A DNA stretch of 64,000 bases, taken from NCBI GenBank assembly GCA_963747235.1, contig CAVVEU010000027.1, forward strand, positions 1 through 64,000. Direction: 5' to 3'. This DNA is from an uncultured Candidatus Rokubacteria bacterium (GTDB lineage: Bacteria > Methylomirabilota > Methylomirabilia > Rokubacteriales > CSP1-6). Below the pieces are notes generated by a model, which saw only the letters and a list, made by a program, of their open reading frames with translations, did no database searches and was not told where the DNA came from. The first letter of the stretch is position 1. Every line of letters starts with the position of its first letter. The translations under genes and the position numbers were made by a program. Below are positions 45,913 through 58,385 of the stretch, in pieces.

Positions 45913-48149
45913 TCAACGCGTCGCCACCACCCGGATCAGCGCGCCGTCGGATCGGGGCGGCGTGACCTCGCCGATGATCGCGGCGGCCCCGTCGCCGGCC
46001 GCCCGCACCGCGCTCAGCATCGCCGGGCCGCGCTCCCGGGGCACCGCGAGCAGCAGGCCGCCCGAGGTCTGGGGATCGAAGAGCAGGTCGAGCGCTGCCC
46101 GTCGCGCCGCGTCCGGCTCCACGAGCATCGCGCGCCGCGCGCGGGCGTTCTCGGGGTGCGCGGTGCTCCGGATGCCGCGGCCGAGCAGCGCCACCGCGCC
46201 GGGCAGGGCAGGGATCGTGGCGAGGTCGAGCACCGCCGAGGCCTTGCTCGCCGCGCAGCATCTCGCCCAGGTGCCCGGCCAGGCCGAAGCCGGTGACGTC
46301 GGTGGCGGCGGAGGGCCGCAGCGCGAGCATCGCGCGCGCGGCCGCGCCATTGGAGCGGAGCATCGAGGCGGCGGCCGCCTCCACCCACTCGCCGCGCGCG
46401 AGGGCGCGCATGTCGGCCTGCAGGATGACGCCGGTGCCGAGTGGCTTGGTCAGGATGAGCTGGTCGCCGGGCGCGGCGCCGCCGATGCGGATCAGCGCAT
46501 CGGCCGAGGCCGCGAAGCCCCAGACCGCGAAGCCCACCACCAGCTCGGGCCCCGTGGTGGTGTGGCCGCCCACGAGCGTGACGCCGTCGGCCTCGAGCGC
46601 GGCGCGGGCGCCCGCCATCACCTGGTAGAGCGTCTCCTCCGCGCGCGCCGGCTCGGCCTCGGGCACGCTCACCTGGGCCAGGGCGAAGCGCGGCGTCACG
46701 CCCTTGGCCCAGAGATCGCTGACCGCGTTGACCGCGGCGACGCGCCCGACCAGGTAGGGATCGTCGGCGAAGGCGCGGAAGGAGTCCACCGTGGCCGCGA
46801 CGATCTCGCCGCGCTCGGTCTCCACCGCCGCGGCGTCGTCGGGCTGGGCCAGGCCCAGGACGACGGCGGGATGGCTCGGGACGCCGAGGCGCTCGAGCGC
46901 GCGGGTCAGCGAGGATTCGCCCACCTTGGCCGCGCAGCCGCCGCAGAGCATGTCCCCGCCGGGCATCGGGCCGCCGCGAAGTCCGGCGTGACGGCGCCGT
47001 CCTGATCCAGCACCTGGAAGCGGCGCACGAAGCGGCGATCGATCCAGTCCTTGAGCGCGAATACCGCGCGGCCTTCGACCGAGGCGCCCCACTTGGTGCC
47101 GATCGCCCCGCCGTCCCCCAGGTTCAGCAGGGAGAGGAAGTCGACGCTGCGGGCGATACGCGCGGAGGCGCTCGCCGCGGATGCGCGCGATCAGGTTGTG
47201 CGCGAGCACCGGGCCCTGGCGGACCGCGTACACGCCGGCCTTGGCGAGGCCGGGGCCCGTCGGTCCACGCCGCGCAGTCGCCCACCGCGAAGACGTCGTC
47301 GTGCCCCACGCACTGCAGCGTCGGGCGGATCCGGACGAAGCCGCCCTCGTCGGTCTCGAGCCCGGAGCCGTCGAAGAGCGGCAGCGCGGCGGCGCCCGCC
47401 ACCCAGACCACCGCGTCGGCGGGCAGCCGCTCGCCGCCTTCCAGGTGCACCGCGCCGGCCTCGACGCGCGTCACGCGCGTGCCCGTGCGGATCGCGATCC
47501 CGCGCGCCGCGGCCGCGGCCTGGACGCGGGCCGCCGCGCTCGCCGCGTAGCCCGGCAGCACGCGGGGGCCGGACTCGAGCAGGAGCACCTCGACGCGCCC
47601 GGCGCGCTCACCGCGGAGCCGCGCCGCGAGCGCGAAGGCCACCTCGACGCCGCCCGCGCCCGCGCCGACCACGACGAGGCGCGCGGCGTCTCGGCCCCGC
47701 GCCGCGGCCAGCAGCTCGTCCACCCGGCGGACGAACTCGCCGATGGGGCGCGTGGGGATCGCGTGCTCGGCGACGCCGCGCAGCCCGAGCCCCGCCACCG
47801 TGGAGCCCACGTCGAAGGACACGGTGTCGTAGGCGATCGGCGGCCGGGCTTCCAGGACGAGGCGCCGTGCGGTGGTGTCGAGCCCGGTGGCCGGGGCGAC
47901 GATGCAGCGGGCGCCCGCGCGCAGCGCCAGCGGCCGCACGTCGATCTCGAGGGCTTCCCGCGGGTACTGGCCGGCCACGAAGCCGGGCACCATGCCGGAG
48001 TAGACCGCGACCGGCCGATCCACCACGAGGGTGAGGCGCGCCCCGGGGACGGGCGCCATGGCCCAGCGCTTGAGCACCTGGATGTGGGCGTGGCCGCCGC
48101 CCACGAGGACCAGGTCGTGCCGGATGGGAGCCGCGGACGGCGAGCGCAT
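45913..48149 (-). CDS. selD: FAD/NADH oxidoreductase-selenophosphate synthetase fusion (several frameshifts)
   Basis: LVLVGGGHAH, YSGMVPG, VFAVGDC, VYAVRQGP, then CGGCAAKV, DDAA, GGHT, LTKPLGTG, TDVTGFGLAGHL, DPQTSGGLL. Confidence 0.9.
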
Positions 48150-48169
48150 GCCCGTCCGCGGTGGAGCCG

Positions 48170-50480
48170 TCAGTGCTTGCCGTTGACCAGGGACAGCGCG
48201 ATGCGCTCCGGGCTCATCGGCAGCTCGGTCAGGCGCACCCCGGTCGCGTTCTGGATGGCGTTGGCGATCGCGGCGGGCGCCGGGATGATGGGCGGCTCGC
48301 CGACGCCGCGGGCGCCGAAGGGACCGGCGGGCGCGGGCACCTCGACGATGATGGTCTCGAGATTGGGCAGGTCCGCCGCGGTCAGCTTGCGGTAGTCGAG
48401 CAGGCTCGGATTCGTGAGCCGCCCGACGTCGTCGAAGAGCAGCCCTTCCGTCAGCGCCATGCCGATGGACTGCACGGCCCCGCCCTGCATCTGGCCCGCG
48501 ACGCCCATCGGGTTGATCGCCTTGCCCACGTCCTGCACGACCACGAAGTCCAGCAGCGTCACCTCGCCGGTGTCCGGATCGAGCTCGAGCCGCGCGAGCT
48601 GGGCCGCGAAGCCGGGGGCCTGCTGGGTGAACGCCGGGTTGGCCTTGCCGAGCACCGGCGGCGTCTTCGACATGTAGAGGTTGCCCTTCTTGCCGATGGA
48701 GGCCAGCGTGATGCCCTTGCTCGGCGCGCCGCGCACCGTGACCTTGCCGTCCACCAGCTCGAGGTCGTGCACCGAGGCCTCGAGCTCCGCCGCCGCGATC
48801 TCGAACGTCTGCCGCCGCGCGTCTTCCGCCGCCTGCAGCACCGCGGCGCCGACCGTGTAGATGGTCTTGCTGCCCGCGCTCAGCCCGGTCATCGGGCGCC
48901 ACGTCGGTGTCGCCGGTGGTGATGCGCACCAGGTCGGTGTCCACGCCGTAGGCGGACGCCGCGATCTGGGCCAGCGAGATGTTGGTGCCCGCGATGTCCA
49001 CCTGGCCGGTGAGCACCGCGAGCGTGCCATCGGGATTCAGTCGGACCGTCGCGCCGGTGGGCTGGAGCCCGCCGAGCCAGCCGCCGAGGGCCAGGCCCAC
49101 GCCGCGGCGCTTGCCGTTCTTGCTCCCGGTGATCCACTGCTTGCGGCTCTTCCAGTGCGGGTGCTCGGCGATGCGGGCGAGCACCTGCTTGGCCCCGTTG
49201 TTCTGCCAGGGCTGGCCGTTCACCATCGGATCGCCTTCCTGGATCAGGTGGCGCATCCGGAACTCGACCGAATCGAGATCGAGATCGCGGGCGATCTGCT
49301 CCATCTGCGACTCGATCGCGAAGATGGTCTGCGGCGCCACCGGCGCGCGGTAGGCGGCCACGCTCGGCTTGTGGGTCAGCACCTCGAAGCCGCGGATGTC
49401 GAACGACGGCCACTTGTACATGCTGCCGAGGAAGACCGCGCTCACCGCGAGCACCGCGCCGGAGTACGCGCCGGAGTCGATGACGGTCTCCGCGTCGAGG
49501 GCCATGAGGGTGCCGTCGCGCTTGACGCCGGTCTTGAGCTTGATGATGACCTGCGGGGCGGGCATGCCCGCCTGCAGCTCTTCCCGCCGCGTCATGACGT
49601 AGCGCACCGGGCGCTTGGTGACCTGCGCCAGCACCGCGGTGATCGGCTCGCAGAGCGCGCGGATCTTGCCGCCGAAGCCGCCGCCGCACTCCACCGGGAT
49701 GACCCGGATCGAGTTCTCGGGGATGCCGAGCACGTCGGCCACCTCGGAGCGCGTGTTGAACGAGCCCTGGGTGCTGGCCCAGAGCGTGAGCAGCCCGTTG
49801 CGGTCCCACTCGGCCAGGACCGCGTGCGGCTCGAGGTAGCCCTGGTGCACCATCGGCACGCGGTAGGTCTTCTCGAGGATGTGATCCGACTCCGCGAAGC
49901 CCTTGGCCGGGTCGCCGCGCTGCAGCCGGGCCTGCTGCGAGATGTTCACCGCCTTCGCGGGCGTGTCGCTCTTGGCGATGGCCACCGCGGAGTGGGCGAG
50001 CGCCTCGCTGGTGTCGGCCTCGGTGCCCGCGTCGGCCACCGGCGGCGCGCCGGGCAGCATGGCCTTGAGCGGATCGATCGAGGCGGCCAGCACCTGGTAC
50101 TCGACCTTGATGAGGTCGAGCGCTTCCTCGGCGATGGACGGCTCGTCCGCGGCCACCGCGGCCACCGGCTGGCCCATGAACACCACGCGGTCGATGGCGA
50201 GCACGGCGTGGGCGCGCGTCGGCGCCTTCTTCTTGAGATGCGGGATGTCCTTGGCGGTGATGACCGCGCGCACGCCGGGCAGCGCCTTGGCCGCGCTGGT
50301 GTCGATCGAGACGATCTTGGCGTGGGCGTGCGGGCTGCGCAGCAGCTTGGCGTGCAGCAGGCCCTTGGCCTGGATGTCGGCCACGTACTGCACGCGGCCG
50401 GTGACCTTCTCGGGGCCGTCCGGCCGCGGAATCGAGATGCCGACTCCCTTGACGTCGCGCGTGGTCTTCATCGTGCTCAT
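48170..50480 (-). CDS. Xanthine dehydrogenase family molybdopterin-binding large subunit (frameshift near 48895)
   Basis: LRSPHAHA, HQGYLEP, GGGFGGK, AYRAPVAPQ, GQMQGG, RGVGEPP. Confidence 0.92.
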
Positions 50481-50968
50481 CGAGCGCTCCTCTGCGAGGC
50501 GAGGGTGCCCGCCGCCTCGCTGATCGCGGCCACCATCGCGGTGTAGCCGGTGCAGCGGCACAGGTTGCCGGCGATGCCGTAGCGGATCTCCTCCTCGGAG
50601 GGCCGCGGGTTCTCCTCGAGCAGCGCGGTCGCCGCCATCAGCACGCCCGGGATGCAGAAGCCGCACTGGGGCACGCCGTGCCGGACGAACGCTTCCTGCA
50701 GCGGGTGCAGGGTGGTGTCCGCGGCCGCGAGGCCCTCGATGGTGCGGACCTTGCGGCCGCGCACCTGCATCGCCAGCATCAGGCAGCTCGCCACCACCTT
50801 GCCGTCCACGTGGACGGTGCAGGCGCCGCAGTCGCCGGTGCCGCAGCCTTCCTTGGGGCCGGTGAGCCCCAGGTTCTCGCGCAGGGCATCGAGCAGGTTG
50901 ACGTAGGGCTGGACGAGCACCTCGACGGCCTCGCCGTTCACGGTGCAGCTCAGGAGCTGTTTGGCCAC
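50477..50968 (-). CDS. XDH family 2Fe-2S subunit
   Basis: GCGTGDCGAC, QCGFC, GNLCRCTGY. Confidence 0.93.
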   Translation of the reverse strand: MAKQLLSCTVNGEAVEVLVQPYVNLLDALRENLGLTGPKEGCGTGDCGACTVHVDGKVVASCLMLAMQVRGRKVRTIEGLAAADTTLHPLQEAFVRHGVPQCGFCIPGVLMAATALLEENPRPSEEEIRYGIAGNLCRCTGYTAMVAAISEAAGTLASQRSAR

Positions 50969-50985
50969 GGTGATCTGCCTCCGGA

Positions 50986-51846
50986 TCAGGCGTTCGCGCG
51001 CAGGAGCGCGGTCGTGAGCGTGCGACGGGTGAGGACGCGGACGAGGTGCTTGCGGAACTCGATGGAGCCGCGCTGGTCGTCGATGGGCCGGGCCGCCTCG
51101 ATCGCCAGCGTGGCCGCGCGCTCGATGGCCTCGGGCGTCACCGCCTGGCCCTCGAGCGAGCGCTCGGCCGCGGTCGCGCGGACCGGCGTGGGCGCCACCG
51201 AGGCCAGCGCGATGCGCGCCTTGGTGCAGCGGCCGTCGGCCATGGTGAGCTGGGACGCCACCCCGACGACGGCGATGTCGAGCTCGCGCCGCGGGGTGTG
51301 CCGCAGGTACTGGCCGCCGCTGTGGGCGCCCGGCGGCGGCACGATCAGCTCGACCAGCATCTCGTTGGGCGCGACCACCGTCTTGCGGACCCCGGTGAAG
51401 AAGTCGGCCATCGGCACGCGCCGCTCGCCGCCCGGCCCCGCGATGACCGCCAGGGCCTCGAGCGCCACCAGCGGCGGCGCCATGTCGGCCGACGGCGCGG
51501 CGTTGCAGAGGTTGCCGCCCACCGTGGCCAGGTTGCGCACCTGCAGCGAGCCGACCATGGCCGCGCTCTCCGCGATCGCGAGATAGGGCCCGCGCAGCGC
51601 CGGGCTCTGCTCGAGCTCGCGCGCGGTGACCGCGGCGCCGATGCGGAGGCCGCTGCCGTTCTGCACCTGGCGCACCCGGGCGATCCCGGAAAGGTCCACC
51701 ACCAGGCCGGGATGCAGCGCGCCGTTCTTCATCTGGGGCAGGAGATCGGTGCCGCCCGCGATCAGCTTGGCCCGCCCTCCGTGCTCCGCCAGGATCTTCA
51801 GGCAGTCTTCGAGGGTGTTCGGCAGAACGAGATCGAATCGTCGCAT
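50986..51846 (-). CDS. XDH family FAD-binding subunit
   Basis: IAGGTDL, RNLATVGGNLCNAAPSAD. Confidence 0.93.
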   Translation of the reverse strand: MRRFDLVLPNTLEDCLKILAEHGGRAKLIAGGTDLLPQMKNGALHPGLVVDLSGIARVRQVQNGSGLRIGAAVTARELEQSPALRGPYLAIAESAAMVGSLQVRNLATVGGNLCNAAPSADMAPPLVALEALAVIAGPGGERRVPMADFFTGVRKTVVAPNEMLVELIVPPPGAHSGGQYLRHTPRRELDIAVVGVASQLTMADGRCTKARIALASVAPTPVRATAAERSLEGQAVTPEAIERAATLAIEAARPIDDQRGSIEFRKHLVRVLTRRTLTTALLRANA

Positions 51847-51907
51847 CAGTGTCTCCTGGGGGTTGGGCGCGCGCTCGCATGATACACCGAGTCGCCCCTC
51901 CCGTCGT

Positions 51908-51951
51908 TGACTATGCTCGGTTGAGCCTGTATGCTCCCCGTCGCATAGTCA
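51908..51951. promoter_or_regulatory. Palindromic operator candidate, site 2 (tandem)
   Basis: TATGC-tccccgtc-GCATA at 51930-51947 and a weaker TATGC-tcggttga-GCCTG at 51912-51929, between the divergent XDH and tup genes. Confidence 0.55.
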
Positions 51952-51969
51952 CACGATTGGATCCCTGCC

Positions 51970-52669
51970 ATGACATCGCGCCTTCTGTTCCTGACGATCC
52001 TGGTCGCCGGCTTCGCCGCCGTGGTGGATCACGTGCGCCCCGCGGGCGCCCAGCCGCGCGCGCGCTCGAGGACCAGTTCGTGGCGGACGGGTTCGGGTCG
52101 GGGTGAATCGCCGCGACGTCATGTACAACGACTTCGTCATCCTGGGCCCCGCGGGCGATCCCGCCCGCATCCGGGGTGAGAAGAAGGCGGTCGACGCTCT
52201 GCGCAAGATCGCCGGCGCCCAGGCCCCGTTTCTCACTCGGGGGGACCGCTCCGGCACCCACGTCAAGGAAGTGGAGCTGTGGGAGGCGGCCGGGGTCAAG
52301 CCGCAGGGGGCGTGGTACGTGACGTCCGAGCGGGGCGCGGCGGGCAATGTCGCGACTACCCGGGACGCGAACACGCGCCAGGCCTACGTGCTGATGGACC
52401 GGGCGACGTATCTCACGCTCAGGAGGGAGATCACGCTCGCGGTGCTGGTGGAGCGGGATCCGGTCCTGCTGAACTACATCGCGGTGATCCGGGTGAATCC
52501 GGCGAAGCTGCCCAGGGTGAACGCGGACGGCGCGCGGGCCTTCCAGGACTGGCTCGTGGCCGAGGAAGCGCAGCGCATCATCAAGGGCTTCGAGGTGGAT
52601 CGCTACGGCGAGCCGCTCTTCTTCCCCAACTCCGACGACTGGCGCAAGCGCTCTGGAGGCTCCTCATGA
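51970..52669 (+). pseudogene. TupA-like tungstate-binding protein with internal deletion
   Basis: Signal peptide joins directly to ALEDQFVADG..RRDVMYNDF; RGDRSGTH is present but the TTTS segment is missing. Confidence 0.65.
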
Positions 52670-53509
52670 TGGCTCGATTCGCCGCGCTGCTGCTGCTCGC
52701 GCTGGCCGGCCTGCTCCCGTCCGCGACGGGGCCGGCGGTCGCCCAGTCCAACGTCGTCATCGTGTCCACCACCACCAGCACCCAGGACTCGGGGCTGCTC
52801 GACGTGCTGGTGCCCATGTTCGAGAAGCAGACCGGGCTCACCGTGAAGACCATCTCGGTCGGCACCGGGCAGGCCCTGGCCCTGGCGGCCCGCGGCGAGG
52901 CCGACGTGACGCTCGCGCACGCGCCGGGCCTCGAGAAGAAGTACGTGGACGAGGGCAAGATGACGAACCGGCGCCTCGTCATGTACAACGACTTCATCGT
53001 CATCGGCCCGCCCGACGATCCGGCGAAGATCAAGGGGCTGCCGAAGGCGCTGGACGCGCTCAAGCGCATCGCGGAGAGCCAGTCGCGCTTCGTCTCGCGC
53101 GGCGACAAGTCGGGGACGCACGCTGCTCGAGCTGGCGCTCTGGAAGCAGGCCGGCGTCGAGCCGAAGGGCGCCTGGTACATCGAGTCCGGGCAGGGCATG
53201 GGACAGACCCTCGGCATCGCCAACGACCGGCGCGCCTACGCGCTGACCGATCGGGCCACGTTCCTCGCGTTCCAGAAGCGGGTGGACCTGCCGATCCTCG
53301 TCGAGAAGGATCGCCCGCTGCTGAACATCTACTCGGTGATGGAAGTGAACCCGGCCAATGGCCCGCGCGTCAATCCGAGGGGCGGCAAGGCCTTCGCGGA
53401 CTTCATGCTGGCGCCCGAGACGCAGGCGGTGATCAAGAGCTTCGGCGTGGACAAGTACGGCCAGCCGCTCTTCGTCCCGGTGGCCGGCAAGAAGGACGAG
53501 GACCTCTAG
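52666..53509 (+). CDS. tupA: Tungstate ABC transporter binding protein (frameshift near 53125)
   Basis: TTTSTQDSGLL, VGTGQAL, MYNDF, SRGDKSGTH, GQGMG. Confidence 0.9.
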
Positions 53510-53526
53510 CCGCCCGGGCGTCCACG

Positions 53527-54224
53527 GTGGGGCTCTTCGGGCAAGGCGTTCTCGAAGCGTTCCGCCTGCTGCTGGCGGGTGACGCGGAGGTCTGGCAGAT
53601 CACCTGGCTGTCGCTGCAGGTCTCCGCGGGCGCGACCGCGCTCTCGCTGCTGGTCGGCATCCCGCTGGGCGCGCTGCTCGCGCTCGCGCGCTTCCCCGGC
53701 CGGGCGCTCGTGGTCAGCCTCGTGAACACCGGCATGGGACTCCCGCCGGTGGTGGTGGGCCTGTTCGTGACGATCCTCCTCTGGCGCAACGGCGCGCTCG
53801 GCTTTCTCGAGCTGCTCTACACGCCGTCGGCGATGGTGACCGGCCAGTTCGTGATCGCGGCCCCCATCGTCACCGGGCTCACCCTGGCCGCGGTGCAGCA
53901 GGTGCCGGAGACCTTCCGGCTGCAGATGCTGGGGCTCGGCGCCTCGCGCGCGCAGATGCTCTGGGTGCTGCTCAAGGAAGCGCGCCTGCCGATGCTGGCC
54001 GCGGTGATGGCGGGCTTCGGCGGCGTGATCTCCGAGGTGGGCGCCTCCATGATGCTGGGCGGCAATATCCGCGGCTCCACGCGCGTGCTCACCACCGCCA
54101 CCGTGCTCGAGACCGGCAAGGGCAACTTCGACGTCGCCATCGCGCTCTCGGTGATCCTGCTGCTGATCACCTTCCTGGTGAACTGGGCGCTGAGCTTCAT
54201 CCAGCAGCGCCGCCGCGCGGCTGA
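53527..54224 (+). CDS. tupB: Tungstate ABC transporter permease (3' end uncertain; the frame as given runs to 54363)
   Basis: GLPPVVVGL, GFGGVISEVGA, GGNI...TRVLTT. Confidence 0.88.
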
Positions 54225-54296
54225 CGGCGGCCACGGTCGAGCAGGCACCGCCAAACCGTTTGATCGGCGGTTTCTCTTGCAGGCAGAATCGCGCCG

Positions 54297-55088
54297 ATGC
54301 GGCACCGATCGGCGCTGGCGGTGGCGGTTGCGGGCGCCGGGGTTGGAGTCCTGGGCGGCCTGATCGGTCTTGGGGGCGCGGAGTTCCGCCTCCCGCTCCT
54401 GGTCGGGTTCTTCGCGAATCCACTCCGGCGGGCCATCGGGCTGAACCTTGGGATGAGCTTGATCACGGTTCTGGCGGCGCTCGCCGGGCGGCTCGCCGCG
54501 GGCTCGGCGGCACCTTCGGTGCCTCTTCACGTCATCGTGGCCGTGATAGGTGGAGGCGTGGCCGGAGCCTACGTCGGCGCGTCATGGTTGATCGGCGCGT
54601 CGAGTCACGTCCTCTGGCGGGGGGTTCGTGGGCTGCTGGCGCTGATCGGCGTGTTGTTACTCACCGAGGCATTCGTACCTTGGGGATCGGGCGGCCTGGT
54701 CACTGCTCCGATCGTCCAGGCAACGGTGGGCGTGGTGGCGGGCGTATTGATCGGCGTCGTCAGCAGTCTGCTCGGCGTCGCCGGCGGCGAGCTCATCATC
54801 CCGACCCTGGTGTTCGGGTTCGGGGTTGACATCAAGGCGGCGGGGACGGCCAGCTTGATGATCAGCGTTCCCACGGTTCTGATGGGATTGTGGCGTCAGG
54901 CGTCTTCTGGTCTGCGACCGACCGCCGAAGAGCTCACGCGAATCGTCCTGCCGATGAGCGCGGGCTCGATGGTCGGAGCGGTGGTCGGGGCCATGCTGAT
55001 CGGGGTCGTTCCGGGACCATTCCTGAAGGCGGTGCTTGGGTTGGTGCTCGTCTGGTCGGCGGCTCGGCTCCGAGGTCATGCCCCGTGA
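54297..55088 (+). CDS. TauE/SafE (TSUP) family permease
   Basis: GGLIGLGGAEFRLP, SSLLGVAGGELIIP. Confidence 0.85.
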   Translation: MRHRSALAVAVAGAGVGVLGGLIGLGGAEFRLPLLVGFFANPLRRAIGLNLGMSLITVLAALAGRLAAGSAAPSVPLHVIVAVIGGGVAGAYVGASWLIGASSHVLWRGVRGLLALIGVLLLTEAFVPWGSGGLVTAPIVQATVGVVAGVLIGVVSSLLGVAGGELIIPTLVFGFGVDIKAAGTASLMISVPTVLMGLWRQASSGLRPTAEELTRIVLPMSAGSMVGAVVGAMLIGVVPGPFLKAVLGLVLVWSAARLRGHAP

Positions 55089-55540
55089 GGCGGAGGGATG
55101 ACACGAGGTGGGTCGACGAAGGGCGGGGCTCGGGCTCAGCGAGATCCTCGCCGAGGTCTTCGGCGTCCGCGGGCGGGCGCGCGGCCTCCGGCCGGCCCCA
55201 CGCCCGCGCGCGGCTACCTCCGCGAGAGTGGGTCCACTCGGGCCGAGCGCATCGTCGATGCGGTCACGCAAGGCGCGCAGGCGCTCGAGGAGCAGAAGAC
55301 CTGTCTCGGTCAATTCCATTCCCCGGGCGGCGCCGCGTCCAGGCCGATTGCGAACGATGGGGGTCTTGAGCGCGACCTCCGCCCGCCGCAGGTAGCCCCA
55401 CGCGTGCCGATAGGACCAGCCGATCTCCCGGACCGCCTGCGCGAGTGAGCCGTGCTGAACGATGCCCCGCAGCAGGTGAAGGCCGCCGTCTCCCATCATG
55501 AATTCACCGCCCAGCTCGAGCCAGACCTTCGTCTTGACCT
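55085..55540 (-). CDS. Second ModE-like winged-helix regulator (boundaries uncertain)
   Basis: KTKVWLE, MGDGG, GSLAQAVREIGWSYRHAWGY, ELTETG. Confidence 0.75.
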
Positions 55541-55550
55541 GGGCCGCGAT

Positions 55551-55568
55551 TATGCTCTCGTGAGCACT
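55551..55568. promoter_or_regulatory. Palindromic operator candidate, site 3
   Basis: TATGC-tctcgtga-GCACT between the divergent modE-like and modA genes. Confidence 0.45.
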
Positions 55569-55685
55569 TTGAAGAGCCGCGGCGCGCTCGGTAGCATGGG
55601 ACGTCGGCCGCAGAGGGGCGTCGCACGGCTTCTCGACACGTTAACACGGTGTCACGGAGCACGCAGCTCGTCGGAGGCAAGGATC

Positions 55686-56468
55686 ATGCGTCTCATCCGG
55701 TGTGTTGCGATTGCCTTGGCGCTGGTCTGGCTGGGCTCGGCCGAGGTTGGCGCACAGGAGATCACCGTGTCGGTGGCGGTCAGTCTCAAGGACGCGGTGG
55801 AGGAGCTGGGGCGCGGCTTCATGGCCGCGCGCCCTGGCGTCACGTTGCGCTACAACTTCGGTGCCTCGGGCGAGCTGCAGAAGCAGATCGAAGCGGGCGC
55901 GCCGATCGACGTCTTCTTGTCGGCCGCGCAGCGGCAGATGGATGAGCTGGAGAAGGCAGAGCTTGATCGTCCCCGCGAGTCGGCGGGTCTTCGCCCGTAA
56001 CGTGCTCACCGTGATCAAGCCCGCCGACTCGCGGATCGACATCGCCAAGCCGGCTGACTTGCTGGAAGCGCGGGTGGGCCGCATCGTCGTCGGCAACCCC
56101 AAGACGGTTCCGGCCGGGCCAGTACGCCGAGGAGAGCCTACGGGCGCTGGGCCTCTGGGAGCGGCTGCAGCCCAAGCTCGTCTTCTCGGAGAACGTGCGC
56201 CAGGCGCTGGACTACGTGGCGCGCGGCGAGGTCGACGCCGGGCTTCGTCTATACCACCGATGCGGCGACGTCGCGCCCAGGGCGGTGAAGGAAGCCTTCC
56301 GGCCGCCCGAGGACAGCTATCGTCCGATCGTGTACCCCGGTGCGGTGGTGGCGGCCTCGAAGCAGCAGACCCTCGGCCAGGCCTTCCTTGATCTGCTGGG
56401 TGGTCGCACAAGGCCGGGCCGTGCTGGGCCGATTCGGATTCCAGCCGCCGCCGACCGGCGTGCGCTGA
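55686..56468 (+). CDS. modA: Molybdate ABC transporter binding protein (several frameshifts)
   Basis: AVSLKDA, NFGASGELQKQIEAGAP, GNPKTVPAG, NVRQAL..V..GEVDAG, PIVYP. Confidence 0.88.
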
Positions 56469-56592
56469 TTCAACCTGCGGCAGGGCGCGCCGCTCGCAGC
56501 CGGGCCGCGACGGGCGCGTGACGCGCGTCTGCGTTCCGGCCGTCGGGCGCATCCGGGCATGGCATACTACCGGGGCATCGCGTCGATCCATC

Positions 56593-57254
56593 ATGAGCCC
56601 CGACAATCTCTCCGCCCTCCGGTTGTCGCTCCAGGTCGCGGTGGCGGCCACCGCGCTGAACGCGCTGGTGGGCATTCCCATCGCCTACGCGCTGGCGCGG
56701 CGCCGCTTCTGGGGCAAGAGCCTCGTGGACCTGCTGGTGACGCTGCCGCTGGTCCTGCCGCCCACCGTGGTCGGCTACTACCTGATCGTGCTGCTGGGCC
56801 GTCGCGGCGTGCTCGGCGCGCCGCTCTACGAGGCGACCGGCTTCACGGTGGCCTTCACCTGGTACGCGGCGGTGATCGCGGCCACCGTGATGGCGCTGCC
56901 GCTCCTGGTGCGCACGGTGCGCGCGGCCATCGAGTCGGTGGATCGCGATCTCGAGCGCGCGGCCTACACCCTCGGCCGCTCCGAGCTGCGCACCGTGCTC
57001 GAGGTCACGCTGCCGCTCGCCCGCAACGGCATCCTGGCCGGGCTCGTGCTCGCGTTCGCCCGCGCGCTCGGCGAGTTCGGCGCCACCCTGATGCTCGCGG
57101 GCAATATCCCGGGCCGGACCCAGACGGTGCCGCTCTCCATCTACACCGCGGTGCAGACCGGCGAGAGCGGCGAGGCGCTCGGGCTGGTCGCGGTGCTCAC
57201 CGCGCTGTCCTGTCTCGTGCTGATCGTGGCCAATCGCCTGGGCGCGCGCGCGGC

Positions 57255-57258
<4 letters not shown>
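56593..57258 (+). CDS. modB: Molybdate ABC transporter permease
   Basis: LPLVLPPTVVGY, FARALGEFGAT, GNIPGRTQT. Confidence 0.93.

Positions 57259-58381
<1,123 letters not shown>

Positions 58382-58385
<4 letters not shown>

Noticed and set aside
47124-50666. Apparent XDH large subunit-oxidoreductase fusion (1180 aa)
   Set aside because: Caused by the frameshift near 48895. The XDH C-terminus ends at 48170 in another frame.
42370-51846. Selenoproteins (in-frame UGA) near selD
   Set aside because: The catalytic positions I checked are Cys (SelD CGGCAAK, TrxR CASC, Prx TCS, DsrE CSPC, TusA CGE). I saw no tRNA-Sec or SECIS.
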